From assembly GCA_003250355.1 (NCBI GenBank), contig QKGS01000040.1:2812-66811 (forward strand): a stretch of DNA of 64,000 nt, written 5' to 3'. Under the pieces are notes generated by a model. It made no database searches. It was given only the letters and a program-made list of their open reading frames with translations, and was not told the origin of the DNA. The DNA is from Bacteroidota bacterium. Its GTDB lineage: Bacteria > Bacteroidota > Bacteroidia > Bacteroidales > SZUA-534. Shown here in pieces: positions 1 through 9,251 of the stretch. The first letter of the stretch is position 1. Every line of letters begins with the position of its first letter. The translations under genes and the position numbers were made by a program.

Positions 1-1626
1 TCCTTCAGTTTCCTGATTACCTCCCTGGTCAGTAGCTTCATAATCGGTAAGATTGTTCCATACTTTTACGTTGCTAAACTCATATCCATTGTACCATGCA
101 CCCATAGTTGCACTTCCTTTTACAAGAGTATTATTGAAAATATTGAGGTTAGTTCCGTCCCAGTTTATCTGAACGTTTGTCCACTCAGTATTATAAACCA
201 CATTGTGGTGAACATCCCAGTTTTTTGAGCGGTTATCTAAGTAAATACCGGCGGCTTTAAAGCGTTTGCCTTTTGAAGCTGCATCATGAAAGTGGTTGTG
301 GTGTATTGTTGAAGTTATGCTACGCGTATTTGTAGTATATAAAAGAGCACAGTCGTCGGCTACTTTATTACTTTGTGATACATCGTTATAAGCATACTCA
401 CAGTTATCGCCATAAGCCTGAATTATATCACGTCCGCCATATTCCAAACGGTTGCCTATGTATTTACAATTAGTGGCACCACGGGTATTGAGTACACAGT
501 CGTAGTTTCCTAAAAAGTTGAAATGGTGAATGTAGTTGTTCAGTATTTCGGTATAGTTACCGCGGTCACGGAGTCCGTTACCTGCACCGTAAGCAATTTC
601 ACATTTTTCAACCTTGTTATAATCACCATCGATCCATACGCTTTGGCGTCCTGAATCGAAACTTGAAATTACTCCAAGAGTGTTGTTTCCATAAAAACTC
701 GAAACACGATATAGTTTGTTGTTATTTCCGTCAATATCAATTGAACCACCAAATACAGCAAGGTCTTCAATGTGTATATAGTTTTTATTTATGTCTATGG
801 TTTGTGTGCGTTTACGCATCATAATAGCTCCATCAGCAGGTTTGCCTCCTCCTTCTATTTGTACATATAGTGTTTTTGAACTATTGTTGTAGTACCATTC
901 ATTTTTATAATCGAGAGCTTCACGAATACCCTGAAGAAAAAATTCACCGTCGTAAATTCCGTGACCTGTATAACCCGGGTTGTGCTTTTCAGGTATCCAG
1001 CTTTCATTACGTACTAAGTTGAAATATATGCGATTCCCCGATTTTGAAGTTATGTATTCTTTCCATGCAAGAAATCCTGCACCCCCGTAGAAATGCAGCG
1101 ATCCTCCATTAGCCCAGTTCCAGTCGGGTATACCCTGCGAATACTCAATATAGTTGCTTCCCCCTGACGACATTACATTGTAGGTAAGCGGGAACGGGCT
1201 TTCGCTTGTGTTATTTGGCCAACGTGCCAAATCCATGAGTTTGTTGTTGTGAAGCACCATATTGTCCTGCCCCAAATCCCATGTTACACTTGCCTTGTAA
1301 ACATTGTCTTTATCGAGCGACCAGCTATTAACTGACTGCATAGCAGATATTACTACTTTTTCACCCGGAGCTCCCTTAAATGTTATAGGATTACCTGCTG
1401 TACCTGAATTAACCGGACTTAATAATTCCTCATACGTCCCTGCATGAATAATTACCACATCGCCGGCTACGGCAACGTTTGCAGCTTTGGTTACAGTTTT
1501 GTACGGACTTGCTGCTGACCCATTATTTGAGTCATTCCCCAATTTGCTTACGTGTATTTCTTTGGCACTAAGAATACCTGCTAATAGCAACAATATAAGG
1601 AAAATAAAGGTTTTTAGTTTTCTCAT
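1..1626 (-). CDS. Secreted right-handed parallel beta-helix (pectin-lyase-like, DUF1565 N-terminus) protein, runs off the left edge
   Basis: Not in the ORF track (no stop in window). Manual translation from ATG at 1626: MRKLKTFIFLILLLLAGILSAKEIHVSKLGNDSNNGSAASPYKTVTKAANVAVAGDVVIIHAGTYEE..., later ARWPN, NEWYYN and GIYLDN...VHHNVVYN beta-helix motifs. Confidence 0.85.
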   Translation of the reverse strand, partial: MRKLKTFIFLILLLLAGILSAKEIHVSKLGNDSNNGSAASPYKTVTKAANVAVAGDVVIIHAGTYEELLSPVNSGTAGNPITFKGAPGEKVVISAMQSVNSWSLDKDNVYKASVTWDLGQDNMVLHNNKLMDLARWPNNTSESPFPLTYNVMSSGGSNYIEYSQGIPDWNWANGGSLHFYGGAGFLAWKEYITSKSGNRIYFNLVRNESWIPEKHNPGYTGHGIYDGEFFLQGIREALDYKNEWYYNNSSKTLYVQIEGGGKPADGAIMMRKRTQTIDINKNYIHIEDLAVFGGSIDIDGNNNKLYRVSSFYGNNTLGVISSFDSGRQSVWIDGDYNKVEKCEIAYGAGNGLRDRGNYTEILNNYIHHFNFLGNYDCVLNTRGATNCKYIGNRLEYGGRDIIQAYGDNCEYAYNDVSQSNKVADDCALLYTTNTRSITSTIHHNHFHDAASKGKRFKAAGIYLDNRSKNWDVHHNVVYNTEWTNVQINWDGTNLNIFNNTLVKGSATMGAWYNGYEFSNVKVWNNLTDYEATDQGGNQETEG

Positions 1627-1767
1627 AAATAATATAATAAAAATTAGTAGTCAGGGTAATTACATATAATTATTGCGAAGGTTAACAGTTTGAATAGAAA
1701 AAAAGCGACAAAAATAATTTTTTCATAATCAAACATTCAATTAAAGAGTAACACCCACAAGCACGAC

Positions 1768-1910
1768 CAATGTCGTTAAGTTAAGAAAATCACCCTATTA
1801 TCCCCTCAAGGGGATACTGCTTCGATTTAGCACTGAAGCTGAATTGGAACAGTCCTCCCTTGAGGGAGGTCAGGAGGGTGAACGTTAACTACCTTAACTT
1901 AACGACATTG
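1768..1910. mobile_element. MITE with IS4-type terminal inverted repeats (copy 1)
   Basis: Perfect 18-bp TIR CAATGTCGTTAAGTTAAG (1768-1785) / CTTAACTTAACGACATTG (1893-1910). Flanking near-direct 10-mers CAAGCACGAC / CAAGCATGAT. Related copy at 62028-62206. Confidence 0.85.
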
Positions 1911-1983
1911 CAAGCATGATTATCATAATATATGTTCTATCTATACTATTAGAAATAATAATATAACCAGATGAAAAATATAT

Positions 1984-1991
1984 TAATTTTG
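1984..1991 (+). promoter_or_regulatory. Bacteroidota sigma70 -7 element
   Basis: TAATTTTG matches TAnnTTTG, just upstream of ATG 2005. Confidence 0.55.
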
Positions 1992-2004
1992 CACCTTGGT
2001 AAAT

Positions 2005-3921
2005 ATGAACAAAGCTCAAATTGTAATATCGAAAATTGTTGTAATAATTATATTCAACATACTTGTGCTAAATGCTTTTGCTCAAGCCGAGCATCATTTG
2101 TTTGAAAAAAAACAATACTCAAAAAAAATATACAATTCAACACAATACGATGATAATTACAATATTATTTATCACCGAATACACTGGTTTGTTGACCCTT
2201 CACAGCATTATATAAAAGGAAGTGTTTTTTCTATTTATACTATGACCAATAATTCTGAAAATATTTTGTTCAACTTAAGCTCCGGCCTTAATGTTGATAG
2301 TATAATTCAGAGAAAAAAGAAAATAGAATTCACACACAAAAATGATGTAGTTTCAATTAAAAATATTGCAGCAAAATCGAAAACAGATTCACTTACAATA
2401 TATTATAGCGGTAATCCGCCTAAAACAGGCTTTGGTTCATTTGAAACATCGGTACACAATGGAAACCCCATATTATGGACACTTTCTGAGCCATATGGAG
2501 CTCATGATTGGTGGCCCTGCAAACAATCGTTAACCGATAAAATTGACTCAATAGATATAGCTGTTACTGTTCCGGTTGGAAACAAAGCAGCATCGAATGG
2601 GATGCTCGTAAAAACAGATACTACACCACAAGGGGTAACTTTTTACTGGAAACACCGACACCCAATTGCTGCTTATTTGGTAGCTATTGCTGTGTCTAAT
2701 TACAGCGAATTTACCATTTACGCCCATGTTAGTAACCATGACAGTGTACCGATATTGAATTATGTATATCCTGAATCGTACGAACGCATTTATAACAATG
2801 TGCTTTACACATCGCAGGTAATGGAACTTTTTAGCCGCTTATTTATCCCTTACCCGTATAAAAATGAAAAGTACGGGCACGCACAGTTTGGTTGGTCGGG
2901 GGGAATGGAACATCAAACCATGAGTTTTATGGGTGGCTTTTCTAAAGAACTTATAGCACATGAACTTGCACATCAGTGGTTTGGCAACCATATTACTTGC
3001 GGTAGCTGGAGCGATTTATGGATAAACGAGGGCTTTGCCACTTGGAGCGAATGTGTGGTTATTGAACATTTGCACCCCGAATTTTATCAATCAATATTAT
3101 ACTCACGCATTCACGATGCTGTAAGCGAAACCCGCAGCGGATCACTATATGCAAACGATACTGCCAACGTTGATAAACTATTTAGCAGTGAACTAACATA
3201 TAACAAAGGGGCAATGGTGCTACACCAGCTACGCCACCAAATAGGCGATTCAGCTTTTTTTGCAGCCATTAAAAATATGCTTAACAGCAAAATGCATTTT
3301 GTAAAAACTCACCAGATACAAAAATTCTTTGAGCAAGCTGCCGATACTTCGCTGCAAAACTATTTTAGCGATTGGGTATATGGACAAGGTTTTCCCGAAT
3401 ATACTATTGAACTGCTCAAAAACGAAGTGTCAAATGTTGTTATTGAAATAAAACAGACTACTTCACATGAAAGCAATTTGTTTTTCCCAATGAAAGTGCC
3501 TTTACTCCTTGAAGGAAATAACGATACGGTATTAATGTACTTTCACAATTTAACAAAACAACAAACATTCAGCATAAACATACCATTTACTGTAAATACT
3601 ATAAAATTCGACCCATATTATACAATTATTGCCCCACACCCGGCTCGAATTATTTATCCCGCCGACCGATTGTTATTGGAAAACAAAATTGTTGTAATAC
3701 CAAACCCTGCCAACGATACCATGAAAATAATGTGGCTCGACACTTTTTCGGCAAAACGTATTGAAATATACAATATGGCAGGCAAAGTAATATATAGTGC
3801 ATTTGTTGAACCAACTCCTCATTATCATCAGGTTGATGTTTCGGGCTATCATTCAGGTGAATATATAGTAAAAGTATATGCCGGGAAAAGTAGCCTGTCG
3901 ACTAAGTTTATAAGGTATTAA
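2005..3921 (+). CDS. M1 family zinc aminopeptidase with T9SS type A C-terminal sorting domain
   Basis: GGMEH exopeptidase motif, HELAHQWFG...NEGFA zinc motif, YNKGA, C-terminal IPNPA...IYNMAGK...GEYIVKV...KFIR. ATG 2005 preferred over TTG 1996. Confidence 0.92.
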   Translation: MNKAQIVISKIVVIIIFNILVLNAFAQAEHHLFEKKQYSKKIYNSTQYDDNYNIIYHRIHWFVDPSQHYIKGSVFSIYTMTNNSENILFNLSSGLNVDSIIQRKKKIEFTHKNDVVSIKNIAAKSKTDSLTIYYSGNPPKTGFGSFETSVHNGNPILWTLSEPYGAHDWWPCKQSLTDKIDSIDIAVTVPVGNKAASNGMLVKTDTTPQGVTFYWKHRHPIAAYLVAIAVSNYSEFTIYAHVSNHDSVPILNYVYPESYERIYNNVLYTSQVMELFSRLFIPYPYKNEKYGHAQFGWSGGMEHQTMSFMGGFSKELIAHELAHQWFGNHITCGSWSDLWINEGFATWSECVVIEHLHPEFYQSILYSRIHDAVSETRSGSLYANDTANVDKLFSSELTYNKGAMVLHQLRHQIGDSAFFAAIKNMLNSKMHFVKTHQIQKFFEQAADTSLQNYFSDWVYGQGFPEYTIELLKNEVSNVVIEIKQTTSHESNLFFPMKVPLLLEGNNDTVLMYFHNLTKQQTFSINIPFTVNTIKFDPYYTIIAPHPARIIYPADRLLLENKIVVIPNPANDTMKIMWLDTFSAKRIEIYNMAGKVIYSAFVEPTPHYHQVDVSGYHSGEYIVKVYAGKSSLSTKFIRY

Positions 3922-3996
3922 ACATATTAATATGTGACGGCGAGGAACTTCGAATAAATTATTCAGGAATTGGAAAAGTAACCTATCCAATCATTC

Positions 3997-4233
3997 TCAA
4001 CCGGCTCCACCCATTTTAAGAACCACTACCGTATCGTTGGGTTGTAATACATAAGTGCCGCGCTGCATTTTTCCGTTTATTACAAAATTAATTCTTCCGG
4101 CAGTTGACGGTATTCCGAATTTTTTATCAATAAGTTGAAAAACAGTAGTATTATCGTTATTCAATTCAACAAACTGTTCCTCGGTTATCTGCTTTTTAAA
4201 ATCGCCTAATGCCGATATTTTTATCTTACCCAT
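3997..4233 (-). CDS. MoaD/ThiS family ubiquitin-like sulfur carrier
   Basis: 78 aa beta-grasp pattern ...INFVING...LQPNDTVVVLKMGGAG. Putative own TAGTTTTG promoter at 4260-4267. Confidence 0.75.
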   Translation of the reverse strand: MGKIKISALGDFKKQITEEQFVELNNDNTTVFQLIDKKFGIPSTAGRINFVINGKMQRGTYVLQPNDTVVVLKMGGAG

Positions 4234-4291
4234 ATAATTATCCTTTTTACCATAAACACCAAAACTATAAAAGTGTTTAACAAAAGTAAAA

Positions 4292-5842
4292 CTAATACCT
4301 TTTATTCTGCATAATTATTTTATAGCTACTGTCTATTTTTCCAAGTGTTACGGCATTGTCGCAGCGGAAAAACATATTATTCCATTTTGCGCCTGTAAAC
4401 TTATATATGCCGGGTAGCAAATAAGCTGTAACTTCGCCTTTATGGTTGGTTTTATAAATAGTATTATCTACCGAAAATGTCATGCCGCCCAATGTCATTA
4501 AATCTTCTGTTTTAAACGTCAGCCTGGCTGCATACCTTACACCATTGGCAATGTATGCATTCTCAAAATTGACAACTGTATCGCCCGGCTCATATATTTT
4601 CGATGAATTTAATGAATCAACAACACTTATTTCACGCCAGCCTGCAAAATCATTAACAATTGAGTATGGCATAACAATAGCTTTCAAACTGTCATTGCCT
4701 GCAAATGCACTGTCTGAAACCATTTCAAGCTTGCATTTATTTTTAATCTCCACTTTCGTTAAATTATTATTTGCAAAAGCAGCTTTCTCAATTTTCTCAA
4801 CCCGTTCAGGTATAATCACTTCGCTTATTCTATTTTCATAAAATGCATAGTTGCCAATCTTAGCAAGTAATCGAGGCATTTCCACTGCGCTGACATTACA
4901 GTTTGCAAAAGCATAATCGTCGATAGTAATAATACTTGTCGGTATAAAATTTACATTCTCGGCCGCCCCTGCATACGAAACCATAATGCTTTTATTTTCA
5001 GTGCCATCGCTCATGCGGGCGTAAATAATCCCCTTCGATGGCATTTCGTTATATACCCTTATTTTATTGTCATTAAATGCTGCTTTACCTATCATACTAA
5101 CCGACGAGGGTATATTTAATCTTGTTATTTGATTTGTCATAAATGCTCGCGACCCAATTGAAGTAACTGTTTTGGGTATATCAAGTTCGGTAATGGAATT
5201 GTTCGTAAATGCATCTCGTTCAATTATTTCCACCCCTTTAGGAATATCAACATAAGTGAGGCCGTTTCCGGCAAATGCAAACGGGTGTATCGTTTTTACA
5301 CTTTTAGGTATAAACTTTATTTCATCGGACTCACCTCCATACGACACTATATTTATCATATCGTCAATACCCTCAAAGTTCCTCATATATATTATGCCGT
5401 ACGATGCCTTGCCATTTATTTCTTTTATCTTATTCGAATTAAATGCTGCATAACCTATACGAACCTTCCCAATAGGGAAAGTGAGTCGTGTAATTTCATT
5501 ATCGGCAAAAGCCATTCGCCCTATACTGTCAACACTCTTGGGCAATGTGGCTGTATTTATTTTATTGTTATAAAAAGCATAATTGCCAATAGTTTTAACC
5601 CCCTCTTCTATTGTTATGGTTTCAAGCTCTTTATTTGCAAAAGCATAATCGGCTATTGTAAGTATAATATTGGAGTCAATCTTTCCGGGTATTTCTATGT
5701 TTTTTTCAATAGTATTAATATAATTTACAATAGTGTCGCCCGATAGGGCTACGTCATTTAACGTAAGTTTATACTGTGCCGACACAAAACAGGAATAAGT
5801 TAGTAAGGTGCTTAATAACAGTATTTTAGATAATAATCTCAT
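4292..5842 (-). CDS. BspA-type (TpLRR/LRR_5) leucine-rich repeat surface protein
   Basis: Signal peptide; repeated IP..V..IG..AF..N.I units. Confidence 0.88.
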   Translation of the reverse strand: MRLLSKILLLSTLLTYSCFVSAQYKLTLNDVALSGDTIVNYINTIEKNIEIPGKIDSNIILTIADYAFANKELETITIEEGVKTIGNYAFYNNKINTATLPKSVDSIGRMAFADNEITRLTFPIGKVRIGYAAFNSNKIKEINGKASYGIIYMRNFEGIDDMINIVSYGGESDEIKFIPKSVKTIHPFAFAGNGLTYVDIPKGVEIIERDAFTNNSITELDIPKTVTSIGSRAFMTNQITRLNIPSSVSMIGKAAFNDNKIRVYNEMPSKGIIYARMSDGTENKSIMVSYAGAAENVNFIPTSIITIDDYAFANCNVSAVEMPRLLAKIGNYAFYENRISEVIIPERVEKIEKAAFANNNLTKVEIKNKCKLEMVSDSAFAGNDSLKAIVMPYSIVNDFAGWREISVVDSLNSSKIYEPGDTVVNFENAYIANGVRYAARLTFKTEDLMTLGGMTFSVDNTIYKTNHKGEVTAYLLPGIYKFTGAKWNNMFFRCDNAVTLGKIDSSYKIIMQNKRY

Positions 5843-5990
5843 GGTGTGCTTATTTTGCTGTAAAGTTATAATATTTAAAGTTTAGTAATAAACTAAAAAC
5901 GTGTTTAATATCAATTTATGACATGAAAAAACTGTATTCGGTTTTTTGAACATATATTGTATTTTTGTATCCCTTTTCACTAACAGAGAT

Positions 5991-7952
5991 ATGATAGAAC
6001 GCGAAACCATAGACAAAATATTCGACACCGCAAATATTGTTGAGGTAGTAGGCGATTTTATTAATCTGAAAAAAAGGGGAGTTAACTATCTGGGAAACTG
6101 CCCGTTCCACAATGAGAAAACACCATCGTTTACCGTTTCGCCTTCAAAAGGCATATACAAATGTTTTGGATGCGGAGCCGGTGGAAACTCGGTAAACTTT
6201 ATTATGGAGCACGAAAAGCTTTCATATATTGATGCACTGAAATTTCTTGCACGAAAATATCATATTGAAGTTGTAGAAAAGGAGATGACACCTGCCGAAA
6301 AAGAGAAGCAGGATGTACGCGAAAGCTTAATAATAGTAAGCGAATTTGCCGGAAAAACCTTTACCGACAACCTTCACAACTCCGACGAAGGTAGAGCAGT
6401 TGGATTAAAGTATTTCAAAGAGCGAGGATTTAACGATTCCATAATCGACAAATTTCAGTTAGGATATTGTCGTGCATCGCGCGATAGTTTTACCCTACTA
6501 GCTGAAAACAAAGGGTACAAAACAGAATATTTGGTAACAACCGGTCTTACCGTAAAACGCGACGACGGAACAAAATTTGACCGTTTCAGCGAACGGGTTA
6601 TGTTTCCTATTCACAACCTTATGGGGCGCATTATCGGTTTTGGCGGGCGCACACTCCGTTCCGACAAAAAAATAGCCAAATACCTGAATTCGCCCGAATC
6701 GGAAATATACCATAAAAGCAAAATTCTTTACGGACTCTTTTTTTCAAAAAATGCCATTGTAAAAAACGATAAGTGTTTTCTTGTAGAAGGATATACCGAT
6801 GTAATGAGTATGCACCAGTCGGGGATTGAAAATGTAGTAGCATCGTCGGGAACATCGCTAACCACTGAGCAAATAAAACTAATAAAGCGTTTCACTTCAA
6901 ACATAACCGTTTTGTTCGACGGCGATGCAGCCGGTATAAAAGCTGCTCTGCGTGGTATTGACATGGTACTTAAAGAGAGTATGAACGTTAAAGTAGTTCT
7001 ACTTCCCGACGGCGAAGACCCCGATTCATTTGCTCAAAAACATTCGGCTACCCAGTTTTACGATTTTATAGAGCGTGAAGAGACCGATTTTATACGCTTT
7101 AAAACCAAACTTCTACTTGAAGATGCTAAAGACGACCCTGTTAAAAAGGCCGAACTTATTAAAGATATTGTAAAAACAGTATCGGTTATCCCCGATAATA
7201 TTACCCGCTCTCTGTATGCAAAGGAGTGTTCGTTTTTGCTAAATATGGAAGAGGCGATACTCGTAGCGGAGATTGATAAATTAAACAAGGGTGAACAACG
7301 AAAGCAATTTAAGGAAGAGCAAAAACACGAAGAACACACTCAACCTGTAATTGAAGAACCTGCAATAACAGAAAAAAGCATTAATGAAAAATTCGATGAA
7401 TTTGAAAAAGAAATAGTGCGCATACTGTTAAAACATGGAAAAACACACCTGTTTACAGTCGCTCAAACACTCGAAGAGTCGGAGCAGAAAGTATTTGTAA
7501 GCCAATATATTGCTCGTGAACTTAGGGGTGAAATAGAAATAAAATCGCCTGTATTTCAAACTATTATCAATGAATTTGAAACTCATTTTAACTCAAACCC
7601 CAATTTCGATGTTAAGTACTTTGTAAATCATGAAAATCCGTTGATTAGCAAAACTACTGCCGATTTATTGTCGGAAAAGCATACGCTTAGTAGGATTCAC
7701 TCACAAAATGGTTCACAAACCCCCGCCGAAGAACGTAATTTGAAAGAAGTAATAGACCAAGCTATTTCAGGCTACAAATACAACATAGTTATGGATATTC
7801 TTCATAACATTGAGGCTGAAATGAAAAGACTTGAAAACAGAGGTGCTGCCGATGAAGAATTATCGCTCACTTTTGAAAAGTTTATTCTTTACACCCAAAT
7901 GAAGCGAGAAATTGCAAAATCATTAGGAAACAGAATAGTTCTGAAACGGTAA
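5991..7952 (+). CDS. dnaG: DNA primase
   Basis: CPFHNEKTPSF...CFGC zinc finger, KYLNSPES, VEGYTDV TOPRIM, FDGDAAG, DPD. ATG 5991 (MIERETIDKI) follows TATTTTTG at 5960-5967. Confidence 0.98.
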   Translation: MIERETIDKIFDTANIVEVVGDFINLKKRGVNYLGNCPFHNEKTPSFTVSPSKGIYKCFGCGAGGNSVNFIMEHEKLSYIDALKFLARKYHIEVVEKEMTPAEKEKQDVRESLIIVSEFAGKTFTDNLHNSDEGRAVGLKYFKERGFNDSIIDKFQLGYCRASRDSFTLLAENKGYKTEYLVTTGLTVKRDDGTKFDRFSERVMFPIHNLMGRIIGFGGRTLRSDKKIAKYLNSPESEIYHKSKILYGLFFSKNAIVKNDKCFLVEGYTDVMSMHQSGIENVVASSGTSLTTEQIKLIKRFTSNITVLFDGDAAGIKAALRGIDMVLKESMNVKVVLLPDGEDPDSFAQKHSATQFYDFIEREETDFIRFKTKLLLEDAKDDPVKKAELIKDIVKTVSVIPDNITRSLYAKECSFLLNMEEAILVAEIDKLNKGEQRKQFKEEQKHEEHTQPVIEEPAITEKSINEKFDEFEKEIVRILLKHGKTHLFTVAQTLEESEQKVFVSQYIARELRGEIEIKSPVFQTIINEFETHFNSNPNFDVKYFVNHENPLISKTTADLLSEKHTLSRIHSQNGSQTPAEERNLKEVIDQAISGYKYNIVMDILHNIEAEMKRLENRGAADEELSLTFEKFILYTQMKREIAKSLGNRIVLKR

Positions 7953-8057
7953 TTTAGAACACAATTAGTGTACGATACTTAACAATACATCTAACATTTG
8001 GTTTGTTATAATGATGAAAAAATTGTAATATTATATTTCATTTTATATATATAAGAG

Positions 8058-9134
8058 ATGTTTAAGAATAAGTTTTTTATACTGGCATTATTGCTTATTA
8101 CTACTGTAATGGCATGTGACAATATGAGTTCAAAAAAGAATAAACTGAGCTACAAGTATGGAGGAACGCTAAGGGTTAATGCTACTTCGGAACCCGACAT
8201 GATATTTCCCGGTCAGGTGAATAAATCGAGTGAACATCTTATTGTTAGTCAGGCTTACGATGGGTTGGTTAAGTATCACCCCAGAACATTTGATATAGTA
8301 CCTTCTCTTGCGAAACGATGGCTTGAAGAAAGAAACGGAACTATTTATACATTCTATATGAGCGACAATGCTTATTTCCATAAAGATAAAGTGTTTAAAA
8401 ATAAACAAGAGCGTAAAATAACAGCCGTTGATGTTAAAAATTCAATAGAACAAATAGCAAAAACATATCGTATGTTGGAGCAACCAATACCTAAGCATAT
8501 TATGAATATCAAAGGAGCCGAAGAGCTGTTGAACGATAAAATACATAACGATTCTATACACGTTAGTGGTATAGAGGTATTTGACGATACTACCCTGATA
8601 TTTTACTTGAATGAGGCCGATAACTTGTTTTTACACTTTCTTGCAGGAACCGATGCCTTGGTTTTTTCAAAAAAAGCATTCGATGCATATGGGTTTAAAA
8701 GCACTGTTGGTTCAGGAGCATTTACTTATGAGTATTTCAATAAAGTTTCAGACCATTTAATATTACTTGCAAATAAAGAATATTATGGAATAAATAAACA
8801 AGGAGAAAGACTACCGTTCCTCGATTCTATTGTAGTTTCGTTTGTCACATCTACCACTAGTGAAATAGAATTACTCAATGATAACAAAATTGATATGGTG
8901 CTTGGATTGCCGGAAAAATACGTAACACCATTTCTTGATAATAATATTGAATTGTTTCAGCAAAATCCACCTTTCTTTGTTTTAAAGCAAAGTCATGATT
9001 TTGAAACTAGGAAAGAATACAATATTTTACGTTCCAATATTCATGGTTTTGAGTTAAACTCTCAAAATTACTTCGATTTTTCAGAAACATTTAAAAAAGA
9101 CCCTGAACCGGAAGAAGTGCTTACTGTCGAGTAA
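8058..9134 (+). CDS. Short family 5 ABC solute-binding-like lipoprotein
   Basis: Lipobox VMAC; YGGTLRV, YDGLV...IVPSLA..W...YTF, GSGAF, LPFLDSIV motifs; only 358 aa. Confidence 0.8.
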   Translation: MFKNKFFILALLLITTVMACDNMSSKKNKLSYKYGGTLRVNATSEPDMIFPGQVNKSSEHLIVSQAYDGLVKYHPRTFDIVPSLAKRWLEERNGTIYTFYMSDNAYFHKDKVFKNKQERKITAVDVKNSIEQIAKTYRMLEQPIPKHIMNIKGAEELLNDKIHNDSIHVSGIEVFDDTTLIFYLNEADNLFLHFLAGTDALVFSKKAFDAYGFKSTVGSGAFTYEYFNKVSDHLILLANKEYYGINKQGERLPFLDSIVVSFVTSTTSEIELLNDNKIDMVLGLPEKYVTPFLDNNIELFQQNPPFFVLKQSHDFETRKEYNILRSNIHGFELNSQNYFDFSETFKKDPEPEEVLTVE

Positions 9135-9251
9135 TAGGTTGTCGTTTATGTTTGTAATATCATTACACAAATACTTTAACAATAGTTTCGTGTTGAAAAT
9201 TTGAACAACTAAGTGTTATACTGGTTAACAATATTTGATAAAAAAGCGGCT

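Noticed and set aside
1487-1669. 60-aa plus-strand ORF
   Set aside because: Antisense shadow of the beta-helix gene starting at 1626.
3991-3999. Possible selenocysteine readthrough of the moaD-like TGA
   Set aside because: A second TGA follows after one codon, no SECIS-like hairpin is evident, and sulfur carriers need a free terminal Gly.
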